Positions 48,496 to 60,206 of a stretch of DNA of 64,000 bases are shown one piece after another. How positions within the stretch are numbered: the stretch's first letter is position 1; every line of letters begins with the position of its first letter. The DNA is from a virus (Duplodnaviria; Caudoviricetes), in the IMG/VR virus record IMGVR_UViG_2548876794_000003, positions 32,001 to 96,000 of that record; one strand, 5' to 3'. The translations under genes and the position numbers were made by a program. The notes beneath the pieces are model-generated. The model did no database searches. It was not told the DNA's origin and was given only the letters and a program-made list of their open reading frames with translations.

Positions 48496-49728
48496 ATGAA
48501 TTTAACTGAATCATTACAGCACATTAATGCATTACGTCAAAACGTAACAAATGCTACGGAAGCATACGAACAAGGGAAAACAGCGGAACGTCCATCGGTT
48601 TCATTACAGTCAATCGACTTAATGGAACGTATGGCTCGTAACGTAAACGGTGACTTCTCAATGGGTCGCGCAAACATTCGCGAAACATTACAAACAACAG
48701 ACGTTGTTAAATTAATTCCGAAAGTATTAGAAGGTCAATTACGTGAAGCAGCTGAACCAGAATACTTAGGTACACGCTTTATGAAAACTGTACACGTCGA
48801 AGGCGGTTCATCAACTGTGTTCGTTATCCCAGTAGTAGGCGAATTAGTTGCTAGTGAAGTCGGAGAGGGTACTCGTTACAACGAAGATAACTTAGACCAA
48901 ACTACAATCGAGAACAGCACGTTAGAAATTCGTGTTAAAAAGATCGGCTTAAAAGTCTCTATTACAGAAGAAGCCATCCAAGACAGTTCTTTCGACATCC
49001 TTGGTTTAAACACTCGTAAAATGGGCCGCGCAATGGCACGTTACAAAGAGGAATGGATTTTCAACTCTTTCTCTAGCCATGGTCGTCCAGTATTCAACAA
49101 CGCAATTCGTTCGCAAGCTGCCGAAGCTGGTACAACTGGTCGCGCTGCTGACGGTACTTTCAATGACACAATGAGCTCAGAAGATTTCCTTGAATTAGTA
49201 ATGGCATTAATGGGCCAAGGTATGAACCCAACTGACGTAATTATGCATCCACTTGTTTGGACTGTATTCGCTCGTAACTCAATGGTTGGTAACGGTATGA
49301 CTTGGGGCGCATTAGGCGGCCAAAACGTTCACCCATGGGGCGCTGTACAAGGTACACCAGGACCATTCGGTTTAGCTAACAACGGCGAAGGTCAACAATA
49401 CATCATGGAACCTTCACAAGTTCAAAACCGTATTCCGTTCCCATTAACAATCAACTTCTCACCATTCGTAAACTTCGATAAAGTGAGCAAACGTTTTGAT
49501 ATGTACTGCATCGACCGTAATGAGGTTGGTACAATCGCACAAAAAGAAGCGTTATCTATGGACGAATGGACAAACCCAGAAGTCGATGTACGCTTATTAA
49601 AAACAAAAGAACGCTATGGTGTCGGCATTGACAACAACGGTCGCGGTATCACAACTGCTCTTAACATTGCAGCAGCTCCAACTTACCCAGTACCACCAAC
49701 TGTTACTGTGAACACTAAGTCAGTCTAA
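48496..49728 (+). CDS. Major capsid protein (HK97 fold)
   Basis: ASEVGEG..VKKIGLKVSITEEAIQDS..RKMGRAMARYKEE; AGGAGG RBS. Confidence 0.88.
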   Translation: MNLTESLQHINALRQNVTNATEAYEQGKTAERPSVSLQSIDLMERMARNVNGDFSMGRANIRETLQTTDVVKLIPKVLEGQLREAAEPEYLGTRFMKTVHVEGGSSTVFVIPVVGELVASEVGEGTRYNEDNLDQTTIENSTLEIRVKKIGLKVSITEEAIQDSSFDILGLNTRKMGRAMARYKEEWIFNSFSSHGRPVFNNAIRSQAAEAGTTGRAADGTFNDTMSSEDFLELVMALMGQGMNPTDVIMHPLVWTVFARNSMVGNGMTWGALGGQNVHPWGAVQGTPGPFGLANNGEGQQYIMEPSQVQNRIPFPLTINFSPFVNFDKVSKRFDMYCIDRNEVGTIAQKEALSMDEWTNPEVDVRLLKTKERYGVGIDNNGRGITTALNIAAAPTYPVPPTVTVNTKSV

Positions 49729-49762
49729 CAAAAATGGAAGCCAATTAAGGAGGCATTAACAC

Positions 49763-50221
49763 ATGGATGTAATGGCAACGGTTAAATTGGCACGAGGACA
49801 GGTCGCATTCTTTGACGATCTGACTCGTATCCATTTAACAATCACTCAACCGATGGGACTTGTTGTTCCCGGTATGAACACAACAAACTTACGAATTGCT
49901 GTAGGTAGCGGTCGCTTGGAATTACTAAGCGGCACATTATCTTCGGATGAAGCTATTGAGCAAGAACGTTTAGGCAAGGTGCGCAGTTTAAAAACTACAC
50001 CTATCGCAACACAACCTGTTGCACCAAAGGTAGAAGCGAAAGCTCCTGCTAAAAAAGCTGAACCTAAGACAGAAGTAAAACCTGTTGAAGAAACTCCAGC
50101 TGAACCAGTAGTAGAAGAGGCTGAACCTAAAAAGGTTCCTGCTAAAGCTGCTACTAAAAAAGCTCCTGCTAAGAAAGTAGCTCCTAAAAAAGCTGAACCC
50201 AAAGAAGAAGCTTCAAAATAA
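49763..50221 (+). CDS. Hypothetical virion protein with P/A/K/E-rich tail
   Basis: KAPAKKAEPK repeats. Confidence 0.7.
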   Translation: MDVMATVKLARGQVAFFDDLTRIHLTITQPMGLVVPGMNTTNLRIAVGSGRLELLSGTLSSDEAIEQERLGKVRSLKTTPIATQPVAPKVEAKAPAKKAEPKTEVKPVEETPAEPVVEEAEPKKVPAKAATKKAPAKKVAPKKAEPKEEASK

Positions 50222-50252
50222 TTAAATAATCCATAAAGGAGCGTGTTTAGAC

Positions 50253-51005
50253 ATGTACACACAATTCGGTCTAGTGGGAATGGTCTTTGATCCAGATAAG
50301 GATCACATCGCCATTGAATTCTCACTTGCACTAGAAGCTAGTACGGTAAATCTAAACACGCTTATTTTGTCTGATAAAGAGATTGGTGAAGAAGTTCCCT
50401 TCACTGTTTCTGTAGATAAAAATAGCGTGTATGTTAAACCGACTAGCTCCAATACAAGCGTATATATAGTAACACTACGACGAGGTATCACATCTATTAC
50501 AGGAGATAAGTTGGATCGCACCTTCCGCTACCATGTAGCAACTGGCATCACAATTGAGGACCGACCAACAATTAGCTATCCAGTAGACTTCCAGCGATTG
50601 GACGAACCACGTTTAGAAATCAAACCAGACAAGGCAGATGTATCACATTATGAAGTTGAGGTGAGTTCCGACACAGCATTTCACAAGAAAAGCTTTCGCG
50701 CAATTGTTAGCGGAAAAACGAAACTCAATTATGACTTGCCAGCAGAAGGGCAGTACTACGTGCGCGTCCGTACAATCGACGGTGACGAGCATGGAGTATG
50801 GTCAGATGCCGTTTCATTTATTTACGAAGCAGACTCCTGCGATAAGAAAGGCGATGAAGCAAATGAAGGTCCTTCTATCGAAACAGACCTTATCTGTACA
50901 AGCCAACCAGAATCGGGCACGAAACCAAAGTCGTTCATATTTGAATTCGATGAAGATATTGACGAATTTATTGGACGAATCAAAGTTGAAAAGAGGTTGA
51001 TCTAA
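50253..51005 (+). CDS. Ig-like/FN3 domain virion protein
   Basis: YEVEVSSDTAF..GQYYVRVR..GVWS FN3 pattern. Confidence 0.65.
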   Translation: MYTQFGLVGMVFDPDKDHIAIEFSLALEASTVNLNTLILSDKEIGEEVPFTVSVDKNSVYVKPTSSNTSVYIVTLRRGITSITGDKLDRTFRYHVATGITIEDRPTISYPVDFQRLDEPRLEIKPDKADVSHYEVEVSSDTAFHKKSFRAIVSGKTKLNYDLPAEGQYYVRVRTIDGDEHGVWSDAVSFIYEADSCDKKGDEANEGPSIETDLICTSQPESGTKPKSFIFEFDEDIDEFIGRIKVEKRLI

Positions 51006-51628
51006 TGCGTAAATCAGTCGAGTTCGATGTGAAGATTTATGATAACAAAATTGAAATCATTCCATTGGAAGAAGTAGACGGTAATCATAACTATGAAATA
51101 ACAATCGAAGATATACAGGCTAAGAATTCTAATCGTTCACTAGAGCGAATTAAATACAATTTCACAACAGAAATGTACCCATGTTTCGTATCGCTTGAAT
51201 CAGTGAAGTCGCTAGTAGAGGATCTTGGTTTAGACGACAACCTATTGCTTTATTACATTCGCGAAGCATCTGAGGAAGCAGAGTACCGTTCGAGCTGCCC
51301 AATTGATTACGACAAGTTGCCATTTTGGGTACGACAGTATGTACGGTACAAAGCAGCCTACGATGCATTGTTCCGTACGATGTTATCGAATGTGCCAGAA
51401 GCAGGGTACAGCGGTACGTTGGCAGACATCACATTCAACAACCCATCATCGCAAGCGTCTGCTAAATCAGTATTAAATGAGTTAAAAGGTGAACTTGATA
51501 AATGGAAGCAAGAAGTTGAAAACTGTGGGCAGTATGGCTACGCTGAACCACGTCGCACAATTCACCATATTAGAAATCGTAACCATGGCCATCACGTTAA
51601 TTTAACTACCATTGGAAGGTTGCGATAA
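51005..51628 (+). CDS. Putative head-tail adaptor
   Basis: Position after capsid genes; helical composition. Confidence 0.5.
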   Translation: MRKSVEFDVKIYDNKIEIIPLEEVDGNHNYEITIEDIQAKNSNRSLERIKYNFTTEMYPCFVSLESVKSLVEDLGLDDNLLLYYIREASEEAEYRSSCPIDYDKLPFWVRQYVRYKAAYDALFRTMLSNVPEAGYSGTLADITFNNPSSQASAKSVLNELKGELDKWKQEVENCGQYGYAEPRRTIHHIRNRNHGHHVNLTTIGRLR

Positions 51629-51631
51629 ACA

Positions 51632-52078
51632 ATGAATCATTTTGACAAAGGCATTGAACGTATCATCAATAAGCTACAAACCGATTCGTATGCAATTATT
51701 CGTGGGGACATTATTTGTTCCTGCGTCGATTATGCAACGAAGCAAGCTAATCCCGACTGTCCTAAATGCTTGGGACTAGGGCGCAACCTGCGCATCAAAT
51801 CTATTAAGGCAGCCATTCGCACGAGTGAAGGTAGCTTTCAAAACATGGCGGTCGATGAAAAATCCGTTGTTTACAAAGGCTATATGACAGAGCGATACAG
51901 TCGCTTACTCAGTAAAGATGACGTTGTGGTTGAAGGAATGAATGCTTATCACGTTACTAAGAAATCTGACAAACGTTCGGATAGTATTACACCTGTTTAC
52001 AGTGTTGTGTTCTTGGCACCAAAGAAAAAGAATCCCGAGAAATTCGTTCGGAAGTTCTATGAGGTGATGAATAAATGA
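51632..52078 (+). CDS. Putative head-closure/neck protein
   Basis: CSC..CPKCLGLG motif; position. Confidence 0.5.
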   Translation: MNHFDKGIERIINKLQTDSYAIIRGDIICSCVDYATKQANPDCPKCLGLGRNLRIKSIKAAIRTSEGSFQNMAVDEKSVVYKGYMTERYSRLLSKDDVVVEGMNAYHVTKKSDKRSDSITPVYSVVFLAPKKKNPEKFVRKFYEVMNK

Positions 52079-53060
52079 CCAGCATTTTATTTTCTGGAAA
52101 GGCGAAAACACTAGCATCTATCTGCGAGCCACAAACATTTAATACATACGAAGAAGCGTACGAATACTTCGGGGACTGCGAGCTTGTAGATGCTTATAAA
52201 ACTGCAAAGGTGTTTGGAGTAGAAGATGTGTACCTTGTAAATATGCAGGAGAAAACAGACCATATTGATTTTGTTGAATTGGTAGAGAATGTACCGGTCG
52301 ATTACTTTGTGCCATTGGATATTCATATCAATGATCGCTTCTATGATTTGGTAGACGGCGCATATCTTCACTATGCAGTCGACTACATGAATAGAATGAG
52401 CCCCATGAGTAAAGTGACCGTACTGTTCACTGACGAGCATGCATCGCTGTATGAAGATATTGATGAATACCTTGAAGCAGTACGAAAGGGTAGAGATGCA
52501 ATCTACAAACAAACAGCAACTCAAAACGGTGGTTCACGAATCGCTTATGTAGCAAATAACTTGCTTAATTATCCATTTGCGAATGTAGCACTAGGGTGCC
52601 TTCTCGAAACGACAGGGGTACTCGATGCAATTAAATATGTAGGTCTAGGGAATTCGGTATTCGATTTATCCATTGAAGATATGGGAGACATGGAAGTTGC
52701 ATACTTTCGTACAGATGTAGATGGTATCGCTCATGGTGAAAACCTATTGAATTTCGCTCCAAACAGTTCGGTCGTTAAATCTATTTTAGTAGATCGACTA
52801 TTAAAATACATAGATGCCTACATTAACGTAGATCAATACATAGGACGACTAAATCGTCCATACATACAAAACTTAATTCGTAATGCTATCGACAAAGCGT
52901 TTGAAGCATTAAAAAATCACGATACGTGAAGGATTATGAAATCTTAAATGTGGAGTTTGTAAGACAAACGAATTACACATACAGCGTTATCGTTAACGCA
53001 GCTATTTCTATTCCATTCTCGACCGAACGTATTCGTGTGGAATTTGAAGGAGATAACTAA
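52075..53060 (+). CDS. Sheath-like tail protein (frameshift at A6 52911-52916)
   Basis: +1 A extends to RYVKDYEILNV..ERIRVEFEGDN*, a sheath-like C-terminus ending next to the following ATG. Confidence 0.55.
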
Positions 53061-53061
53061 C

Positions 53062-53897
53062 ATGAAAAGCAGAAGTGGAATAAACTCTACAGCATCTTTC
53101 GAATGCTTACTTGCTGACCATACGGAGCGATTAGCACCTCTATCTGTGAGCAAGCCTCGAAAAAAATCAGAGGTGCAAAAGCCCACAGATCCCAATAAAG
53201 ACAAGGAGTTAGAGGATTACTTAGAAAAAATAAAGATAAAATACAAGATATTTTACAAGAATCGAATAAAGACGCTTCTACAGACGGTACTAATAATGGT
53301 GACGAGGATAAAACCGAAGTCATCAATCCAAACGCAAGTAAATCACTCAAAGCAGATGGCAACGCTTCTATCGAAGATTTCATTGAGATGGTCGGTATGG
53401 TGATTGCAAAAACAACAGATGAAGATATTGAATTCTGTTTCAACGAAGGAGACCGCATCAAGCGGGACCCAGACGTAGACATCAATAAGACCTTTATCCG
53501 TTACAACATTTTAAGTCGAACACCGGAGAGAGAATTGAAGCCTGTACCGCGTGAAGAATACATTGCAGAGAAAGGCGTTCCCAAAAGCGAACGTCGTGTT
53601 CTCAGTGTAAGAGCGCAACGGTTCCGTTCAATCATTCAATTCGACGTCTTTGCAGCTGATTACAAGCAAGCAACTAAAGCTATGAATGAATTAGAAGACG
53701 CCATCTTCTCATATATGCATTACTTCAAACGTAATGGCGTCGGGGAGATCATCTTTAAGCAGCAACTAACCGATACGGCACTAGACACATATCGAGAGAA
53801 TTTTTCGATTAAAAGTCTGCAATATCAAGTGGTTACAGAAAAGCAATTTGTTATTTTCGATGGCATCATTGATGACCTTGAAATAGCGACAACTTAA
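53062..53897 (+). CDS. Putative tail completion/terminator protein (frameshift at A6 53225-53230)
   Basis: +1 A joins MKSRSG..LEKNKDKIQD.. to ORF 53388-53897. Confidence 0.55.
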
Positions 53898-53913
53898 AGG
53901 AGGATTCCTACCA

Positions 53914-56900
53914 ATGGGACTTATTGAAAACGAAGCATTACTGCCAGGTACATTAACGGAAGTAACAAGCGAATATAGCTACGGCTACGACACATCACAA
54001 TTCGGTACAACTGAATCAATCGTGATTGTTGGTACTGCCTTCCATGGACCAACTGGCGCAGCAATTGCAATCTACTCACCAGAACACGCTGAATACATGT
54101 TTGGTAAAGGGTACGATTCAAACACGAAGAAAGAAGCTACTTTAGTTCCAGCAATTAAAGATGCTTACGAAAAAGGCTGTCGCACAATTTACGCAGTACG
54201 CGTATCTGGTGAAAACGCCGAGAAGGATTACGAGTTCGCAGTAGATTCTAGCTTACGTCTACGTATGAAAGCAGCGTTCCCTACGAATGATGCGAAAGAG
54301 TACTTCTTAGTATATGACAATACAGCTGGCGCAGAAAAATTAAAATTCTACAAACCAGCCAACCGCGCAACAATCGTCGAGAAACGTTTGGGCCTAGTTG
54401 AAGCGGAAAACGCAGTACTTGTTAATACAATTGAGCTTGCAAATGATTATTCGTTAGATAGTAACTCTGAATTATCAGAAGTAATTGATCTATTAAACGA
54501 TCACCAATACAACAACGTTCTTCGCTTATCTATCGTAGATGAATCGGGCGTTGAGGTTACAACTAGCAGTGAAGAAGCTCGACGTTTAACACTAGGCGCT
54601 TTACTACCAGGCCTATATACAATCGGTCGTTCAAATTCTATCTGTACACCAGTCACTACACTAGATTATAAACTTTGCATTGAAGATGAAGATAAACCAT
54701 TCAAATCGTTTGATGGTGTTGTTTACAAACAAATCATCTTGAATACAGATGTTTCATCTGACTATCCAGTGTTCTCTGCATCACATGCGCCATTAAAAGA
54801 AATCTTAAATGAAGTGGCCATCTTCACATCGGCACCATTCGATTTCTTAGAAACGCAAGGTCTAGTTGACCGCGCATTCGAAAAAGACAACACAGACTAC
54901 GAAGAAGTAGCTATTTCAAACTTCGAGCTTTATAAAAAATTAGGCTCTGGTTATGCGACTACAGCATACGCTGAACGTCGTGTTAAAAAAGATGCAACAG
55001 GTAAAGTGATTAAAGAATTAGCGCCACGCGTTAAAGAAACGCCACTTACTGATGCAAACCGCGTACAAGAAATTCCTGACGGTATCTATTCTGTAATTCA
55101 AAACTTATCTACAGATTACCGCGTATTAGCTGGCGTTGGCGCAGATGAAGAAATCAAAGACCGCGTTCCTCGTGCGAAAGATTTCCAAGTTGTTTCTCCA
55201 ATCAGTGCGAATGTATTCAGTAGCATGATTAAAGCAACACCGATCGTCAATGAAGATGCAATCGACAATGATTTTGTTAAATCGTACAAATTCGAAATTC
55301 ATGAAGTTGAAGAAGAAGATACGATGACCGCTTCAATTGATTCTGTTTACACAGATGAAGTGATGGAAGTTCTTCCATTATTATCTTATACAACACAAGA
55401 TGAATTAGACAAAATCAAAAAAATGAATATCGAAAACGGCACACGTACTTTAGTTAAAGACAATGGTACTGGCAAAGTAAACTTATTCATTTATGACGAA
55501 AACAACGGCTACCGTAAATTCTCTAACGCATTACTTGAAAACAAACTGGTTATCTCTGACGGCAAAATCTACAAAGGTATTGCAACAGATGGTGTAGTTG
55601 ATTTCCAAGAAGTAGCGGTAGGGGACGACGGTTTCGAAGTACAAACAGGTGAAACAACTTCTGTTAAATACCAATTCGTATTAGGTGAAAATAATGCGCA
55701 TGTTTATGTATTTGAAGTATTAGCTGCTAACTTAACACAAACTGTCTACGCTGATCCTGCTGCATTAGCTGCTGGTAAAGTGGTTACACCATTAGGTGAC
55801 GCAGAAACAATGTTCTCTGAAAATGAAGAGAAAACAGTTATCTACGCACAATCAAACTACTTCGAGATGAACCCAGTTATCGTTCGTAGTGCTTACATGG
55901 ATAACCTTACAATCGAAGAATTAGTTGAAATGCTAAATGGTCACTCTGCATTAAATCATATCTTCACATTCGACATGACAGAAGCGGGCATGAAAGAAAA
56001 AGATTCATACCTATCTGAGATTGCTGAGATCACTGCGCCAGACGTAGAGAACCCAGCAACAGGCGAAATTGCAGTCGTGTTATTCCATGAGTCAGTTGAA
56101 TTAAAAGAGGACCGCGAGATTGTTTATAACTACTCTCAATACATCCCTTATAAAACATCTGACAACTTTGCTCGTCAATTAGCGCAACACGCTACATACA
56201 CAACGCTGAAAACTGGTACTACTCATGGTGTTATCGGTCTTAAATTGCAAGGCGATAAATCGTTAAAAGGCGTAAAGGCTCGTGAAGAACGTCTAATGGA
56301 ACTTGACTTCGATTTACACGCTAAAACAAAACAAGGTAAACCAATGATTGGCCGTAACAGCGAGCCTTATCCAATTGGCGATAACGTATCAATCACAGAA
56401 TTCCAAAGCGACTTCATTGATGAAGACAACTCTAAATTCACAATGAACGGTGCCGCTGCATACGCTGGTATGGTAACTGTATTGTCGAAAGACCAAAGCT
56501 CTACAAACCAACCAATCGCTTTACGCTCTGTGAACTATACATACTCTAACTACCAACTATCACGCTTAACACAAGCTGGTTTCGTTACAGTGAAAGATAC
56601 AGTTACAAACGGCCTTGTTATTACTGATGGTGTAACAATGGCACAAGCTGACGATCCAATGCGTCGTTTATCTGTTAAACGTGTGCTTAGTGAAGTAACG
56701 AAAATCATTCGTGCTGCTGGTGATCCATTCATTGGTAAACCAAACAACGACTCGAACCGTAACTCACTTCAAACTGCAATCAAGTCTGGTCTTGAATCAA
56801 TCAAAGGCGTGTTAATCGACGGCTACCGTTTCACACTGAATACGGACCGTAACACTCAGAAGTATTCATACATCGACATTGATTATGCAATTCGTCCAGT

Positions 56901-56952
56901 ATACGAAATCCGAGAAATCCGCAACCGCATTACTGTACAAGACGAAATCTAA
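53914..56952 (+). CDS. Contractile tail sheath protein
   Basis: LPGT N-terminus, IVGTAFHGP, C-terminal RRLSVKRV..FIGKPN..IRPVYEIREI. Confidence 0.88.
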   Translation: MGLIENEALLPGTLTEVTSEYSYGYDTSQFGTTESIVIVGTAFHGPTGAAIAIYSPEHAEYMFGKGYDSNTKKEATLVPAIKDAYEKGCRTIYAVRVSGENAEKDYEFAVDSSLRLRMKAAFPTNDAKEYFLVYDNTAGAEKLKFYKPANRATIVEKRLGLVEAENAVLVNTIELANDYSLDSNSELSEVIDLLNDHQYNNVLRLSIVDESGVEVTTSSEEARRLTLGALLPGLYTIGRSNSICTPVTTLDYKLCIEDEDKPFKSFDGVVYKQIILNTDVSSDYPVFSASHAPLKEILNEVAIFTSAPFDFLETQGLVDRAFEKDNTDYEEVAISNFELYKKLGSGYATTAYAERRVKKDATGKVIKELAPRVKETPLTDANRVQEIPDGIYSVIQNLSTDYRVLAGVGADEEIKDRVPRAKDFQVVSPISANVFSSMIKATPIVNEDAIDNDFVKSYKFEIHEVEEEDTMTASIDSVYTDEVMEVLPLLSYTTQDELDKIKKMNIENGTRTLVKDNGTGKVNLFIYDENNGYRKFSNALLENKLVISDGKIYKGIATDGVVDFQEVAVGDDGFEVQTGETTSVKYQFVLGENNAHVYVFEVLAANLTQTVYADPAALAAGKVVTPLGDAETMFSENEEKTVIYAQSNYFEMNPVIVRSAYMDNLTIEELVEMLNGHSALNHIFTFDMTEAGMKEKDSYLSEIAEITAPDVENPATGEIAVVLFHESVELKEDREIVYNYSQYIPYKTSDNFARQLAQHATYTTLKTGTTHGVIGLKLQGDKSLKGVKAREERLMELDFDLHAKTKQGKPMIGRNSEPYPIGDNVSITEFQSDFIDEDNSKFTMNGAAAYAGMVTVLSKDQSSTNQPIALRSVNYTYSNYQLSRLTQAGFVTVKDTVTNGLVITDGVTMAQADDPMRRLSVKRVLSEVTKIIRAAGDPFIGKPNNDSNRNSLQTAIKSGLESIKGVLIDGYRFTLNTDRNTQKYSYIDIDYAIRPVYEIREIRNRITVQDEI

Positions 56953-57013
56953 TAGGTCGCGGCGATGCCGCTTCCTTCTATATTAATACATACATAATAA
57001 GGAGTGTCTCTCA

Positions 57014-57649
57014 ATGACAGCATATAACAACTCAATGACTTCTGAGTATACTCAAACGTATACTACATTCTCTGGTTGCGATATTGTATGTAGCTTTGGT
57101 GCCGTAGTAATCGGTTCATTACAAGCTATTACATACTCTATTTCTCGTGAGAAAGCGCCTAACTATACTTTCGGGAGTGCCGAAGTAAGAAGTTTCAGTC
57201 GTGGTAAACGCGGGATTGCCGGTTCAATGGTGTTCTCAGTATTTGACCAAGATGCTTTACTACAAGCGCTGAAAAAACAATCTGGTACAATTAACAAAAT
57301 CGGTAATGTAAATGGTGACATTTCAACAGACTCTCCATTATCAATTGATGAATGGGATGACTTAATGACAGGTAAAATTGCTTCATCTACAAATGCGGTA
57401 GAACGTACAAACGCTATCGTTGATGAAGTAGAACCACATTATGCCGATGAAATTCCACCATTCGATGTAACAATTTCATTCGCCAACGAATACGGCCAAA
57501 AATCTGTAATCGTTATCTATGGTCTTGAAATTATCAATGAAGGTACTGGTTTCTCAACCGACACTGTAACTTCTGAACGTGCTTGCACATTCGTAGCTCG
57601 CCGCGTCGATCCGATGAAAACTGTTGATAGCGACACAGTTTCAGGCTAA
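57014..57649 (+). CDS. Tail tube protein
   Basis: Follows sheath; FSGCDI..LQAITYS..RGIAGSMVF..DEIPPFDVTISFANEYG. Confidence 0.75.
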   Translation: MTAYNNSMTSEYTQTYTTFSGCDIVCSFGAVVIGSLQAITYSISREKAPNYTFGSAEVRSFSRGKRGIAGSMVFSVFDQDALLQALKKQSGTINKIGNVNGDISTDSPLSIDEWDDLMTGKIASSTNAVERTNAIVDEVEPHYADEIPPFDVTISFANEYGQKSVIVIYGLEIINEGTGFSTDTVTSERACTFVARRVDPMKTVDSDTVSG

Positions 57650-57660
57650 AATGGGCTACT

Positions 57661-57696
57661 GAAAAGCGAAGGGCAAAACGCCTTTCGCTTTTTTTA
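57661..57696 (+). terminator. Rho-independent terminator
   Basis: AAAAGCGAAGGGC-AAAAC-GCCTTTCGCTTTTTTT. Confidence 0.75.
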
Positions 57697-57716
57697 TTAG
57701 AGAGGAGGAGTAATAC

Positions 57717-58517
57717 ATGGTAAAAACAATTACAAAATCAGCAGATGGTGCTTACAATAAGCGTGTAAGTAATGATAAAATCGTGACGTTTCAAAAGAAG
57801 ATAGACGATAAGTACAAGAGCAAAAATCGCTTTAGTGACTTTAAGCGAACAAACACTTCTTTCTCCGGATGCGACATGGTGGCTTCGGTTCATATCGAAC
57901 TCCCCAGCAAGAACGATCCGAGCAAGGTGAGCTCACATACGCTGGTCATCGGTGAAATGCAGACGTTCACCTATTCTGTACATATGGATAAATACCCTGT
58001 GCGTTCGCTTGGCAACGTGAATGCAAAAGCTTTTACAGAAGGGCCACGTACAATTGCAGGGACACTAATCTTCTCTGTGTTCGACCGCCATTTTTATCAA
58101 CGTATTCTAAGTCTTGCGGAATCAACTGGTAACTATGTAGATTCAAAGCACAGTTTGATGGATGAACTTCCACCATTCGACATCACAATCAGCTTCACGA
58201 ATGAGTATGGCTCGAAAGCACATTTAACAGTCTATGGTATTAGCATCATTGATGAAGGACAAGTTATGAGTATGAATGACATTTATACAGAAAACACGTA
58301 TCAGTATATGGCCAACGACATTGAATACATGACAACAGAAGATGTCGTCTATCGTGATTCGGAAAAAACGTACAATTTAATCGGTGTAAATGACACCAAA
58401 ACCAAAGCGTCTTCTTATAAGCCTGTCGCATCTAGCTTACACAGTTCTGACAAAGAGGGTGCGGAGGATGCAGATGTATCAGAAGATAAGAAAAATAATA
58501 GCGTTTCTGCTAAATAA
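57717..58517 (+). CDS. Tail tube paralog
   Basis: FSGCDM..RTIAGTLIF..DELPPFDITISFTNEYG. Confidence 0.7.
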   Translation: MVKTITKSADGAYNKRVSNDKIVTFQKKIDDKYKSKNRFSDFKRTNTSFSGCDMVASVHIELPSKNDPSKVSSHTLVIGEMQTFTYSVHMDKYPVRSLGNVNAKAFTEGPRTIAGTLIFSVFDRHFYQRILSLAESTGNYVDSKHSLMDELPPFDITISFTNEYGSKAHLTVYGISIIDEGQVMSMNDIYTENTYQYMANDIEYMTTEDVVYRDSEKTYNLIGVNDTKTKASSYKPVASSLHSSDKEGAEDADVSEDKKNNSVSAK

Positions 58518-58534
58518 ACTAGGGAGGGGAATAA

Positions 58535-60205
58535 ATGAATTTTAATATTCGAGATAAGAACGGATACGTTGTTAAGCATGGACCGTTCCATAGCAAATAC
58601 GATATACCAGTAGAGCAAGACGATTACGCTATCGACATTCTAGACGAAGCGGGTGATGTTGTTAAAACGCAGCTACTTACCTATCACGATGAATCACATC
58701 AACATAACATTTCCATTTGCTACATCTTAGGTAACGAAATGCTAGTCGCTTCGAATGAGAGCGTTGACGTAACAATTACTTCTTCGGAAGGGGAAAAGTC
58801 AACGATGATTGCAACATCAACACCACAGCCGTTGTACGCGCATGACGGGGTGAACATCCTTTCAATCAACAACCACGAGAAAACATTTGAAGTTAAAAAC
58901 GATTCGAATGTAATGAGTGCTTTCTTTGGCACAGACGAATTGTCGCCGCTTCGTTATTTTGAAACATTGACAGATGCCGTAGATAAATATGACGCTGTTC
59001 AAAAAATGAATCGTATCTTAGTAACACAGTATGAGAATACAGGCATTCGATACATGAACAATCGCATCTATTTAAATAACCAGGACATCGCTAAATGTAT
59101 TGTGCGCGACGCTACTACACAACGAGTTATTTGCACGTTATTTGACGAAGGGGCATTACCAACTGGACAAAATGAATTATGCCGAGTAGATGCCTATGAT
59201 GAAAAAGGGGACTACTTATGTAGCCAGTTCTGCGTTTGCTTTGAACAGGAGAGCTTACAAACGGTCCTTAGCAATAAAAAGGCATGGATGAATGACTATC
59301 GTTTGTATATTGAACGCAACAGTTACCTATACGAAACGGAGCCAGAAGATGTGACTCAATTTAATTTACTTAGAGGGTTCCATAAAGAACGCTATGAATT
59401 TGCGCCACCGTCGTTAGTTGAAGCTAATGATGAAGGGTTGCTATATGAATTAGGTATTGACGAGGAAGTAATCGGTGAGCTATTTACAGACCTCACATTA
59501 GCTGTTGCTTCTATAGATCAGTACGATCCAAATGCAACCTATCGTATGGCAATTGATAAATCAGAGTTTACAATCGAATGGACTTTGATTAAAATGTTAG
59601 GCGATCCTGCTTGCTACTGGATTGAATCAGATGGTAATGCCATTACGCCTATCGTTTTCATCAGTGAAGAAGTAGAGCGTATGCAAACAATGGCCGCTTA
59701 CGACAGCAATACATACATAACGAAATATCTACCAGCTATCCGACAAGTAGAGACATCTGACACGATTGCTATGTTCAATTCGTTCAATGGTTCGGAAGCA
59801 ACGACAACATACGAAATACCATATAGCTTCGCATCGCTACTTGTTCAGCACTCATATGCCAACGAGGACGCACTACCAGTAAGCTTCTTTCTATTAAAAG
59901 AGCAGTTTGGTTACATGAGCGAAGATGCTTTCCCGAATGTGTTCACACTTGATCGCACATTAAAACGTTTAATTGTGGATAACGACAATACATACTTACT
60001 ACATATCACTGCATATAATGCAGAGAATCAAAACATCGAATCATTTGTATATGACGACATTTCTCTATTAATGCGTAAATACTACTTGGTTATCGTGACG
60101 GTTTACCACCGTCCATCAAAAACACCAGTTGGGCTGCTTGTTATTCAACCGAATGGCAAGCACATCGAGTATCAGGCTGAACGCTGTAACGTGGAGGTGA
60201 GATAG
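58535..60205 (+). CDS. Hypothetical tail-region protein
   Basis: 556 aa, GGGAGG RBS. Confidence 0.7.
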   Translation: MNFNIRDKNGYVVKHGPFHSKYDIPVEQDDYAIDILDEAGDVVKTQLLTYHDESHQHNISICYILGNEMLVASNESVDVTITSSEGEKSTMIATSTPQPLYAHDGVNILSINNHEKTFEVKNDSNVMSAFFGTDELSPLRYFETLTDAVDKYDAVQKMNRILVTQYENTGIRYMNNRIYLNNQDIAKCIVRDATTQRVICTLFDEGALPTGQNELCRVDAYDEKGDYLCSQFCVCFEQESLQTVLSNKKAWMNDYRLYIERNSYLYETEPEDVTQFNLLRGFHKERYEFAPPSLVEANDEGLLYELGIDEEVIGELFTDLTLAVASIDQYDPNATYRMAIDKSEFTIEWTLIKMLGDPACYWIESDGNAITPIVFISEEVERMQTMAAYDSNTYITKYLPAIRQVETSDTIAMFNSFNGSEATTTYEIPYSFASLLVQHSYANEDALPVSFFLLKEQFGYMSEDAFPNVFTLDRTLKRLIVDNDNTYLLHITAYNAENQNIESFVYDDISLLMRKYYLVIVTVYHRPSKTPVGLLVIQPNGKHIEYQAERCNVEVR

Positions 60206-60206
60206 C

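Noticed and set aside
549-53230. Pseudogenes or a genome-wide programmed frameshifting system (549-555, 6999-7005, ~44750, 52911-52916, 53225-53230)
   Set aside because: All five are fixed by adding one base to an A/T homopolymer, the signature of homopolymer under-calling
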